Part shown: positions 38,201 to 49,178 of the stretch, one piece after another
How the letters are laid out: each line of letters begins with the position of its first letter
Position numbering within the stretch: position 1 is the stretch's first letter
NCBI GenBank assembly: GCA_051362555.1
Contig: CM120643.1
Coordinates: forward strand, 16,744,848 to 16,808,847
Direction: 5' to 3'
DNA length: 64,000 nucleotides
Source: Lingula anatina
Lineage: Eukaryota > Animalia > Brachiopoda
Made by a program: the position numbers and the translations under genes
Notes under the pieces: model-generated
What the model was told of the DNA's origin: nothing
The model's input: only the letters and a program-made list of their open reading frames with translations
The model's database searches: none

Positions 38201-41200
38201 TCCTCACTTAAAAGAGAAAATAGAAGAGGCTGAAGCAGCAGCTGTGAATTTTCAGAAAGAACTGAGAGAAAAAGAATTTCTTCTGCAGCAGGCCAGGAAG
38301 AGCAGTCGGGAGTATGGTGAAAAGGCTAAGGTGGGGCTCAGGATTTCTAGACTAATGCAGGGTGCAAATAACTTAATACCGTCTTCAGCCCCCTACAGCA
38401 AGAATTATTATTTCCTGGAAGTTTCAAATAAACAACTTTTAATTGATAAAAATTAGAAATTAATATCTTGAAATTTTAATTTTCTGAATAATAAAGAAAA
38501 AATTTCCAGGAAAATTGTATAAAATATTTGAAGCTTGAAAAATCAAAGCACACAATAGAGACACACTGTGGTAAAATGGAGTTTACTTGAAAATGGCTGG
38601 CTGAGTCAATTAAGCCCTTGTTCTTAATTTTAAAAGTACTAATGTGAAATTTGAGAATTCATATATTATGAATTTTAAAAAGCTACAAATTTTAATTCAC
38701 TTTTACAATGCATTGCATGTATTGTTACATTATTATTCCAATTTTGCCAATACAAATGATAATAAAGCTTAATTGGGATTAGTATGGAACATTATGATGT
38801 TTTAAAGCATATATTTGAAGCTGACTGGGTGTTGTTTTAATATTATTCAGGCTTTAGAAAAAGAAGTTTCAGAGATGAACAAAATCCAGGAAGAGCTTCA
38901 TGTGGCCAGGTGCGAGACCCTCTCCTTGAAACAACTGATTGTAGGGAAAGACTCCCTGGTGATACAGTTGACCCAGGCACTGGAGTTTGCTAAGGTGGGA
39001 ATATCGAAGAACCATAGGTTCTAATAAGTTACTTGGCCACAGAAGTTTTTACTCCCTTTCACTAGTTCTTCACAAGTTTTCTTTCTACTGTTCAATTAAG
39101 TTTGAACTAATTAATAACTTATTTTAATTTTTAAAAAATTGGCCATGCCAAATGCATACAGGTTTCCTTTTAAATTACTAACTTACAAAATAACCTAAGT
39201 TCATCAATCTTTTATTTCTGTCTCAAAAATGGCTGACGTTTCTATTTCCATTTCGTAGAACATGCTTCAGGAACTGCATGGCACAGGTTGTCAGATTTCT
39301 CCTAAAATCCAAGAATTGCTTGACAAGGCAAGTCTGCTCCAGCTGGCAACTTATCCCCAGGGGACGCCTGTGCTCAAGACCCTCCAAGATGCCTCAGAGA
39401 GTATACGGTATGCTATTTTCTCCATATATTTTTTACTGGCCAATATTCAGTCCCACCGGCAAATCTTTTTTGAATAATGTATAGTTTTCTTTGTTTTTTT
39501 CAAACTGTATTTAAGCCCCCCCCCAAAAAAAAAGGGAAAAAAATTAATATATACAGTTTCAATTCTTTAATCGAAAATTTTTAAAAATCAGACATCAAAA
39601 GTACCACCAATTTGTGCAGATGGATGCTCTCTGAAAGATTTTCTCCTGAATGTTTCATATGTCTCATTCTAATCCAACACAAAAATCCTAATGTTTAAAA
39701 ATTGCAAGGATTTGCAGTGTAGATTTGTTTATAATCTATGACAGTGGTTTTCACCCCCAGATCTCCAAGCCCCAGTGTAGAGCCCTGGGCACAGACAGTA
39801 CAATGGGACGGCACGCTGTCTGCTAACAGAAGAACCAACTCGGCTCCCTCTAGTGGGAAACAGGCAAGTGTCAGCACAAACTGTTATGAAAATATTCCAT
39901 TGGCCAAATTTTACCTCAGCTCTTCTGACTCTGTCTGATTCACTTGGCAGATGATGCAAACTTAGAAACAGATCCTGAGATTGCATTTGCTTGTTTTCCC
40001 TGGCTGTGATATATAGTGTTTCTGCTTTTCAAGCTTTATGTTGTGGTGAAACTAGGATGTCATAATTTTTTTTTTAATCATAAAATCTTGCATTATATCA
40101 ATTGACTGTGCAAAATTAATAGCTGCCATGCACGAAATATAAGTGATGGCTTCAAATTCTGATAGAATTTCTCATTCCATTACTATTTTTAATGTATTTT
40201 TCAGAATTCAAGAGTACAATTAGATGTCAGAAGACCTCCCTTCTCAGCAAGCTCAAGTGATACCACGACAAGACAAGCCAGTGCAAAACTCAATCAAAAA
40301 CAGAATGGCCTATTTTTGAAGCGTTTATTGGTTGATACAGAATCAACTGATGGTAAAATGAGTAATACATTGCCAGCACATCCAGTCAGGCCTAAAACTG
40401 CTGTAGTAAAACCAACAATCCATTCAAACTTTCATTCTAATAATTCGACATTATTCACAAATAATGGCAGAAAAGGATCAGTGGATTTTGCTGATAATTG
40501 GACTAGCAGTAGTAACAGTACTAGTACAGCTTCGTCTTCAGAGGGATATAATCCCCGAAAACCATCACTCTCTCCTTCACACTGCAAGTCCAAGGCAGTA
40601 CCCCCTACAAAGCAGGAACTTAAGATGGAGAGAGAGGCAATAAAGGCAGCATTTGCCAGGATGTCCGTGTATGAGAAAGACAGTTTGGTGTCAAAATTTG
40701 TGAACACTGGTGACAGGGTTCTAGTCAGGCTTGGAGCAGCTAAGAAGTTAAAATCCAAAGGTAACAAGAAATTTTTAGTTTTTCACAATATTTTAGTTCC
40801 TCTCTCATAGTACTATACTTATTTATAAAATAAGCTTATTCGAGGAATTATTTATAATGTTTTAGTTTTGTGATCTCTGTCATGACATATACTTAATCAT
40901 AGAAATTTTGTGTCTTCAACACTGTTGTCTTTTAAAGTGTGCTACTACCTTTAATAAAGTGTAATTTGAGCAAACAGATTTTGATAAGATTTTTTTTTCA
41001 ACAGGAACTGCACCAAAAGAAATTCTTCACAGTGGTATAGTGAAGTTCATTGGCCATGTTGACCGCGAGTATGCAGATCAGAAATTGTATGCTGGTATAC
41101 GATTGGATGAAGCAGGTAATGGATTACGCACCAATCAAACTAGATTGGAGATGAAAGTTCACACACATATCTTCATGGCCGTTCTATATTATGGTTACGA

Positions 41201-41994
41201 CTTCATTATCATTTATTATTAATTATTCTTTAAAAATTGAAGTTTTTTTCCTTATTTTACTTTTACTGTCATTATAAAATGAAAATGTCACCTTAAATTT
41301 AGGACAAAAAAAGTCTCTGTTCATACAATGGTAAATTTCATTTTTCAAACACTTTTCAGTGGGAGACACAGATGGTTTGTTCAAAGGGAAAAGATACTTC
41401 TATGTCCCTGCCAACCATGGCAAGCTGGTACGACTACTCAATGTGGTCTCTGTGCTGAATACCAAGGTGGGTTTCTATCTTTTTCACCAGTCCATCTTTT
41501 TTTCTTTTTTCTAAACCCAAGTTTAATACTTTGCTTTAGCATTTCTACACATTCATCAAATCAATTTCTGTCAATTTTAAACCAACTTGAAGGTAATATC
41601 TATGTAAAAATGAATATTAACTTAAAACAAATCTACAGGGAAAAAATCACCAAAATAAAGAGTTCAAACAGCCCGAAATTTTGTAGTCTATTTTAATTTC
41701 TGCTGGTAGTAGTCCTAAAACTGTGACAGATAAAATAGTTTAAGATAATGTAAAAAGGTTCAACTTCAGTTCTCTGAATTTCAGAGTAGTGCAATTAGGT
41801 TCCCTCAGAATATAAATCATGTGTTCATCTTGTTTCAGATGTCCAGTTACAAGAAGGTAGAGGACAGCGTGTATGAATATATGGAACAGAACAAGGGATC
41901 ACTCCATTTAGACTTGTACCACTACCCCTCAGTTCCAGTCAGACCCCCCTCTCCCCACACCTCCTCCAATGACAGTGCTAACCAAGGAACATGA
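13819..41994 (+). CDS. Uncharacterised ~1393-aa protein: acidic low-complexity N-terminus, 2x(EF-hand pair + WW-like), coiled coil, Ser-rich linker, C-terminal CAP-Gly. Coding exons: 13819-15369, 15985-16065, 16365-16448, 16923-16990, 17354-17486, 17687-17757, 18525-18615, 22197-22321, 25632-25719, 35313-35496, 35834-35897, 37047-37122, 37520-37615, 38187-38330, 38851-38994, 39259-39407, 39761-39863, 40205-40760, 41005-41115, 41360-41466, 41839-41994
   Basis: All 21 exons have AG acceptors and GT donors (one GC), with compatible phases summing to 4182 nt. EF loops DLNSNGSLNAAE and DSKKEGNVTFED, plus degenerate DRRHTGQVGAKD. WW-like HWVELDLGEHTLYFNRVTGEASYIIP and DWCMMSSPRAGSFWFNKKTGQAKKTPP. 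Heptad-rich exons 25632-38994. CAP-Gly: GDRVLV...GIVKFIGHVD...YAGIRLDEAVGDTDGLFKGKRYF...HGKLVRL. The join across the 9.6-kb intron (25720-35312) is the least certain part. Confidence 0.8.
17220..17292 (+). repeat. (TG)n microsatellite
   Basis: Direct reading. Confidence 0.95.
17825..18181 (+). repeat. 176-bp tandem duplication, each copy ending in a ~105-bp mini-MITE full of CCTATAGG palindromes
   Basis: TG(A/G)TCTGAACATAAATTAAAA at 17825 and 18001; TIR-like CCCTTATAAAAATTCCC ... GGAAATTTTCGTAAGGG. Confidence 0.8.
23176..23442 (+). repeat. G-rich minisatellite, 49-bp unit x ~5.4
   Basis: GTTTACCAGAGAGGCTGAACCCTGGGGTGGGGAGGGAGGGGTGGGTGTG starting at 23176, 23225, 23274, 23323, 23372 and 23421 (partial). 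Confidence 0.97.
23475..23636 (-). mobile_element. MITE (CAGGGGCGGAT-type TIR family), decayed inverted copy of the 42275-42430 element
   Basis: Internal sequence is the reverse complement of 42275-42430 (GAAGAC..GTCAGATTTTCAAGTTTAC..GGTCAAAAATGGAGGA); flanked by 5-bp TSD GGGGT (23470-23474 / 23637-23641). Confidence 0.8.
27423..27449 (+). CDS. Candidate alternative first coding exon (MDSGEFYIQ) of the EF/WW/CAP-Gly gene
   Basis: AAATGG start, open to a consensus CAG|GTGAGT donor, phase 0, compatible with the exon at 35313. Confidence 0.4.
28385..31964 (+). CDS. Candidate alternative N-terminal exons 28385-28548 and 31910-31964 of the EF/WW/CAP-Gly gene
   Basis: ATG-initiated 164-nt open frame ending TG|GTGAGT (phase 2); 55-nt exon after TTGTAG enters in phase 2 and exits in phase 0 at AAT|GTAAGT, in frame with 35313. 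Confidence 0.5.
29188..31852 (+). mobile_element. Composite (two-headed) non-autonomous Helentron-type element (HINE; pearl/CvA-like) with 159-bp core repeats
   Basis: T-run, then perfect hairpin TATGTACAGACACA-ga-TGTGTCTGTACATA (29192-29221); (GCCGAT)n microsatellite; 159-161-bp repeats (29371/29530/29691 and 30952/31111/31270); ~401-bp duplication (29751/30152); second head at 30797-30820; 3' subTIR TGTCTGTACAT (31820-31830) plus GACAGC-ttt-GCTGCC hairpin and TTGTT. Confidence 0.88.
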
Positions 41995-42274
41995 ATTAAC
42001 AAATGACGTACAATAGACATCACATCAACTGAGTACTTGCCTATAACTTTAGTTAATTACCTCCTATCAACCCCAGTGCTAACCAAGGAACATGAATTAA
42101 CAAATGACGTACAGTAGACATCACATCAACTGAGTACTCGCCAATAACTTAAGTTAATAACCCCCTATCAACCCCAGTGCTAACCAAGGAACATGAATTA
42201 ACAAATGATGTACAGTAGACATCACATCAACTGAGTACTCACCTTTTAATTAAAATTACCCCCTTGCAACCCAT
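41973..42274 (+). repeat. 101-bp tandem repeat x3 overlapping the stop codon of the CAP-Gly gene
   Basis: CAGTGCTAACCAAGGAACATGAATTAACAAATGA at 41973, 42074 and 42175. Confidence 0.95.
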
Positions 42275-42430
42275 CAGGGGCGGATTTAGGGCGTCTTCTG
42301 GGTCTTCCGGAAGACGGTCAGATTTTCAAGTTTACATTGACGGGTATTTCGGAAGACGGTCAAAAATGGAGGACGGATCAACATAGATAAATTGGAAGAC
42401 TGTCAAAAAATTACTCTGGATTAGCCCCTG
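42275..42430 (+). mobile_element. 156-bp MITE, TIR CAGGGGCGGATTTAG / CTGGATTAGCCCCTG, 5-bp TSD CCCAT
   Basis: TIRs match at 11 of 15 positions; CCCAT at 42270-42274 and 42431-42435. Confidence 0.85.
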
Positions 42431-42535
42431 CCCATGGTGGTGTATCAGACATTTTAGCAGATTACAATGATTGCAGTATGGCGGAATCTCCCATTTATTC
42501 AGCTAGCATGATGGGTTTATCTGAACACTCCCTTA

Positions 42536-42742
42536 AACCCCATTTACACGGACGCCGTCCTTACTGCATCCTTTGTGCGACCATGAAACTGGCATCACTG
42601 TGGTCTTAGAAAGAAGGCACAAGCATCGCTTTGGTTTCAGAATGAATGCTCAGTGATCTGCCAGTTGTTGGGACATAAAGTATTTTTGTACCCTCAAATA
42701 CTATGGGATGCACAAAGGACGCCATCCAGTGTAAAGGGGGCT
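42536..42742. mobile_element. PIF/Harbinger-like MITE
   Basis: Long imperfect TIRs ACCCCATTTACACGGACGCCGTCCTT / AAGGACGCCATCCAGTGTAAAGGGGGCT, in TTAA context on both sides. Confidence 0.65.
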
Positions 42743-43704
42743 TAAGACCATGACGTTTGGGTCATTCCACAAAAAAGTGTACTAGAAGGTGCACCAATAT
42801 CTGAATGAATGAAGGAAAAGGGTGCAGTTCAAGTTGGACAATATTAAAAAAGAAATATGTGTGCAAAATGGGAGCATTTCATGTCATAAATCAAAATCAC
42901 CTTTTACCATTATATTTTATACCTCATTTCTGCATGATTTTAAAGTCTTGATTATTTCATATGTGGCTTTATTATCCAACTGTGCCATATTCTGTGGTTA
43001 TTTTAAGATCTGCAAGCAATTTTATCATTACTTCAGTGTCGAGGATTTTCTAAAAACTTGAAAGTTAATATTATCTAGTCAGGGAACACAAAAAAGATCA
43101 CGAAATAAAATAATTGTAAAAAATTGCAGTATTCTTCTCCTTTGCATGAAAATGACAAAATTTTGTCGAAGGAAATAAAAATGAATGAATTAATTGCATA
43201 TCAGTCTGCTGGATACAGTTACCTTTCAATTGAAATGTGCAAGATACACTGGTAGATTTTTCTGTGCTTTGCTTCCACTGGTTAAAATCACTCATTTGAC
43301 TTTCCCTCGCCTCCATGTTCTTTTTTGTAACAGTTTTTGATCCATTCAATCCACATGCCGTTGTTTTTTGCTGAGGTAACTTGTCCGCTTTCTAACTAGA
43401 TTGATTCAGACATTATAAGGGTAAAAGTACTCTAATTGCATTTCTACCCCATAGTAATCCGTTTGTTCCGAACACTTTTAACGTTACAGCACATATCTCT
43501 TTCCTCGACAGGCAATCCTGGCACAGGTCCTAAGCGTTCCTTTCAACAGGGTTTACACTCCAGTGCCGTCAATCCTAATTCTTATATCACCTTCTCTCTC
43601 ACTTCTGTGTCAATCCCTCTAACTACCTCAGCAGTTGCTATTCTATTGGGTGTCAGTAACTCTGACCATTTCCACACTTAAAAAAATTGGAAAATTTATC
43701 ATTC

Positions 43705-46700
43705 TCATTTCTTCTGGGCTGTCTTGGATTTCTTCTTCTTCTCCAAGGCAGGGTCATCTGGTGGAAACAATATAGATTCCATGTCAAATCTGAACAAGTC
43801 TGGATGATATATCTCCTCCGGTATAGGCTCAGGAGAGTCCTGTGGATAAAATGTTGGTATTGGTGGCGGGTCCAACTCCCTTTCTCTGACACGATTAGGC
43901 AACATGCTGTCCATAATACGAACATAGGCGTGTAGAGGCCCAGGAATTGTGGAAGCTTTGACATATATGACGTTATACTTTGTATCAATTTTGTAAATCT
44001 GAAAGACAATGAATAAGGCAAATGAATAAAAAGTGTTTTAATAATCGGATTGTTTATCAACAGACTCAAATAAAATCATTTACCCACACTTTTGTTAAAG
44101 TATATGCAAACGTTAAGGTAACATTTGACTCTGTGTGTCTTTACATTGCAATAATATTTTTAAATAATTTTCAATGACAGGATTTATTAACTTCACCCTC
44201 AGTTATCAGCAGGTATAAATGGAATTAAATAAATGCTTTTGTAAAAGTCAAATTTGACAATTCATCTTGAAGAGTAAATAATTAAAAAATAAATATACAA
44301 AATAAAACAAAAATCTAAAATTATGAGAATATGTTTGGTTTACCCTTGTTCCTTTTAGTGTTCTCCATTTATTGCCCATGTATCCAGGCATCTTTTGCCC
44401 TTTTGGGATTACGTCTCTTCTCTGAAAGGAAACTTAAAAACTTAAAACAGAAATTTAAAACTATAGATAATAAAACTGAAAGGCAAACTTGTTCATTGGT
44501 TGTTATCATGATAGCTTTGCAAGAAATTGCTACATTTACTCACAAATAGTTTTGTTTTCTCTTTGTTTACAATTATGAGTAAATTAATCAATTAAAGCAG
44601 CACAAAAGAATTCTGTCTACCTGTACCTCAATTAATAAATGCATATCTCCTCCTAAATTTAGTAAATCACTATCACCAAATGTTATTTTGAAAATGAAAA
44701 AAAAAAAAAAAAAAAAAGTGTGTGTGTAGTGAGTCCCCATTATTTTATAGGGCTTACCCCAGGAGCTATAGAGCCCACTCTTCTGAACCAGCGAGTTGTG
44801 CCGTGGCCTCTTCCTCCCTTGAAACCGTGTTTTTTTATTACGCCCTGAAACCCATAGTCTATTCTGAAATAGAAATTACTAGGCTTAAACGATAACCTAA
44901 CAAACCTGAATGTGTCATAACTTTTTAAAATTGACTCATGATAACAGTATGTAGATTTTTTTGGTACTTTCTAAATCATTTCAAAATCCATCTGCATCAA
45001 CAGGGATAAAAGTTAGCATAACAATTAATAAATCAGAAGTCCAAATCAAACAATTTAAACTCAATTTGTGGGAAAAAAAAGACTCTCAATTACTGCATAT
45101 CAGAAGAGTTTCATAACTGTCAGAGCAACAATTGTTAGTTCTTCATAAAAAACTGCAGTTTAGAGAATTTATTACACACAGGAATGAGGCAGACTTTGAA
45201 AAATGCAATACCGTCACCAAAAACTCACGTCTTAGCCTGGAGGTCTACATAATCTCCAACACGGAAATGTGACGCAAATAGTGGAGTACCTTGAAGACAA
45301 ATTAAGGATAAAACATATGCTGAAAATATTTGCTTCTGAAAACCATTGTTTTTTTTTTTTTTTTTCGTTTGTTTCCTTTTCGGCTAGGGATGGGGGAGGC
45401 ACAAACACATTTTAACGCCTATTACTTTGCTGTCACTGAATTCCTAACACTTTCTTAATGCTATCTTTAACCATCTATTTTCTGATTATTCAAAGGAATC
45501 CATAGGTTCAATTTTCTTTTTCTACAAGAGAATACCTTTAAGTTATTATTTTTACTGAAATAAAGCAAAACCATTTAAGTGAAGACTGAAATAGGTGCAG
45601 AACACCATTTAGCTATTATCATTTATGTAGAATTTATGATAAAAAATGTAGGTAAAATGTACCAATATATATATATATATATATATAATGTAAATATCAG
45701 TAGGTCACGTGGCTATACAAATTATGAAACAAATAGGGCTAAGTGTATCTTTATCTTAATCTTTAAAAAACATTTAAGCAATATCTCAGCCAAATCCTGT
45801 TTCCCACATGTTGTTTACTTGTAAACTGCAACCACAAACCTACCTGGCCGAATTGCAGCATTGGGAGTCACTACAAATTTAAATACCTTCCTTTTTGGGG
45901 GAACCCCATGTTTCTCAAAAAGAGAGAGTTCAAGAGGACTTAACTGAAACAAGACATGATCAAAATACTGTAAGAACAGCCAATCTATCAGTAAAATAAT
46001 TAGGAAAATTAAATCTATAGGTTCCATTTTCTTTTTCCACAAGAGAATACTTATTTTTTTATATTGAAATAAAGCACACCCATGTAAGTGAAGGTTGAAA
46101 TAGGTGCAGAACACTATTTACCTAATATCATTTATGTAGAACTTATGATAAAAAATGTAGGTAAAATATATCAATTTTTATATATAATGTATATTGTCAG
46201 TAGCTCAAGTAGCTTTACAAATTATAAAATAATAAAACTATAAAATCCAAATTTTTATAAAAAAATGTTTTTACTGTAACAGTTGTTGTAAATGAGATCA
46301 CTGGCCAACAAAACTGAATTTTGAGACAAAACTGTTGCTTACCAATACAATTCTACCAAAAAAAAGTGAAGTGTCTCATGCTTACCCGTCTTGGATCTAT
46401 GCCCATACTTCCTACAAAGACAGCCCCAAGCTTTCCCTTCATTTTAGGATGAAATTCTTGGACAAATCGCGTCTGAGCAAATTCGTCTGGAGTTAAGTAT
46501 TCCACTACATGATTATCCAACACCTAAATGCCATAAGGAAATAGTACATAGATTCAGTTGCAAGTCCTCAACTTTATCTAGCCAATTACAGATTATAATT
46601 TTTCATTTTTGGCAAATCAGACCACTGGCATACAGGTGTAAATAAACTTTCAAAAAAAGTCAATATATCAATCTCATTCAATAGCTAAAATCAAACACAA

Positions 46701-48527
46701 CAAGCATCTGACTGAGAAATATGATGCAATATAGCCTTAAAGGACAAAAAAATACAACTATTATTATAAATTATAAAACAAACACACTTACAATTTGTTA
46801 ATTATAAAACACTGATATTTAGTTTCAATCTGATACCTGTAGCATGGTCAGATACATTTTCTTTCCTTTAGTAGTCCAGTGAGGAACACAGCCTATCTTC
46901 ACACCTACAACTCCAGTACGTTTTGTACTGAAGTTAATAACAATAATCATAATGATGATGATGATGATCTATACTAGTTCTTCCACAGTTTCCAAAGGCT
47001 GTGACTTAGCAATTTATATCAAAATACAATGATGACATATGCTTATCTTTCATAAGGATGCATTTACATTACAATATACATTTCAACTGGTATACCTCGA
47101 TTCAAGAGTGAAAACAACAAAACATTTATTATTAATAATGGAGTAAATACAGCCATTTGACATCAACATAAATAAGTGCTCTCACAATACCTGAAAATGT
47201 CCTACTTCTCTTCATGTGGTCATCATTAGTCTAAACTAATAATGATCAAGACAAAATCTTTCACAAATAAACATAATTTTCATTTTACAATTACCCCTTC
47301 CTCCATTCCCCCCTTGCCCATGGACCATCTTTAAGAGGACAATTCATTTTGGCCAACTCTTCCACCTTGCTCCTCGCCTCATTTGCTATGACCTCCTGGA
47401 GGAAGCTCTCATTGGCTGGGGTCAGTCCACTGTCCTGTATCCTGGCCCTGCGCTTCCTGGCAAAAGGTTCTGGTGGACGCTTTCTGACACCACGCTGCTG
47501 TTGGTAATGTGTTGGAACTAGGACCCTGTATCAAACATTGAGCAATGATAATTAATTTCAATGAAACATGGTTGTTAACCAGACTTTCCCTGGGAAGCAG
47601 TCCAGCCATCATTTGGACGACCATTATTAGCCTTAAAAGATGGCATATATTTATATTTATATTTATATTTATAAAGACAGCTGGACGGCTTACAAAATCT
47701 TTGGGTTGGTTGGTTGGCTTTACTTGGGTTGGACTCTGTAAATCAATGACCAAATTGCCGATTCATATTTTGGACTTCCTGTACCCCAAATCCTGTGGAA
47801 ACCCCCTGGTTATTACTCAATAGATTTGATTAAATCAGGGGCATAACCGGACCTTTAAAAATTGTACGCACAGATTTTGAAAATTCCCAGGTACGATTAT
47901 ATTCCTTGAAAAATACACTGAATTAATGGAGAATAATATCATGGTTGGCTCAAAAAATTGTACCCACAGTGCATCCGTGTGTATGCCTGGTTACGCCCCT
48001 GTAAATTTAATTTTTATTACTAAGTTTCCATGTGACAATGTTCTGATACTAATATATCAAATGTTGATTCAACAGTTTTGAAATTTTAGCTTGTGACTAG
48101 GCCTGTCAGTTGTCAAAATTGTCCTCGTGGTGGAGAGCTAGTGCATCAAAAGATTATACCAATGGGGTAAGGGCTGGGAAAATTGAGATATTTTTCCATG
48201 CAGAGTATTCAAAAACAGAGGCTTTTTGTCAATGTTATTTCTGGCTCCCAAAAAGTGGGACATCCGCCGAAAATCGGACAAATATCATCTCTGATTACAG
48301 TATATGATTTGGAATTGAAATTGAAGCCTGAAGGAGGCAATATATGAATGTTATATCACTTTGAATTAAATTTTAAAAAAATGTATAATACGATAATGCG
48401 TTACATGCAATATCATGGTTTAAAAAGCTTACCTGACAAAGGGTTTTGTGTCTAGAATACATCTGGTTTGAGAAATACTGAAGCATTTTGCAAGCACACC
48501 GGCTGAGCACAGCGACCTGCTCGCCAT
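43705..48527 (-). CDS. MRPL3: Mitochondrial large-subunit ribosomal protein uL3m (39S L3), ~397 aa; exons 48433-48527, 47295-47525, 46837-46927, 46386-46523, 45844-45943, 45229-45289, 44758-44863, 44344-44421, 43705-43998
   Basis: In-frame splicing (1194 nt): basic N-terminal presequence MASRSLCSAGVLAKCF...; [92 protein letters not shown]. One acceptor is AAG (45290-45292). Confidence 0.93.
45498..46230 (+). repeat. ~235-bp dispersed direct repeat, one copy in each intron flanking mRpL3 exon 5
   Basis: ATC(C/T)ATAGGTTC(A/C)ATTTTCTTTTTC...GAAATAGGTGCAGAACAC...TATGATAAAAAATGTAGGTAAAAT at ~45498-45730 and ~46013-46230. Confidence 0.85.
47836..48001. mobile_element. 166-bp MITE, TIR CAGGGGCATAACC / GGTTACGCCCCTG, 5-bp TSD TAAAT
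   Basis: TIRs match at 12 of 13 positions; TAAAT at 47831-47835 and 48002-48006; lies in mRpL3 intron 1. Confidence 0.88.
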
Positions 48528-49033
48528 GCTTGTCGACTAGTCGCTTACATCATTAAAAAATCAATTTATGTCTAAAATATATCAGTCTTCAAAGTGTATG
48601 CAACACAAAAAAAAACAAAAGAATTCATCTAAAATGTATCTTTGTACAGAAAAAATTCACGCAGTTGTATGTATAAAAAATATCTCAATCATTTTACATG
48701 ATGTAAGCGTTGGCATGGTCGCACATTGCAGCTGCACATTGCACGAGAGTGTTGTCGGCTGCTGCTGTGCCATTTCTTTCTTTTTGACTGGTAAATATTG
48801 TTTGTACAAAGATGATTCAGCGAAGTTTGAAACATTAATTTTGCATAGAATTTTTTAATAGTGGAGTGGAATTTTTCCAAACAGCAATTGCTGACCGGCT
48901 CCAAAACTTGAAAATTTATCTGCGTAGACTTAGCTAGTAGACTAGCATTCCTGGCGATTTGAAAAACATAAATCTGCTTTATACTTTTATCTTAGGTATT
49001 TGAATCGTAGTTGCAGTTCCTAGACATGTGAGG
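48528..49033. promoter_or_regulatory. Probable bidirectional promoter / 5' UTRs of mRpL3 and URI1
   Basis: Divergent ATGs at 48527 (-) and 49179 (+) are only ~650 bp apart; CpGs are locally retained; donor GAGG|GTAAGG at 49033/49034 and acceptor TGTAG at 49176 imply a non-coding first URI1 exon. Confidence 0.6.
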
Positions 49034-49178
49034 GTAAGGACATTTGGATTATTTCATATTTTATAAAATTAAAAAGATACCGTACAAAATTTTCAATGAC
49101 CACCTAACGTGTAATAATTTCCCCAACTAAGAATTGAAGCTACAATTTTAATACAAGTTTCTCTTTCACTGTGTAGAT

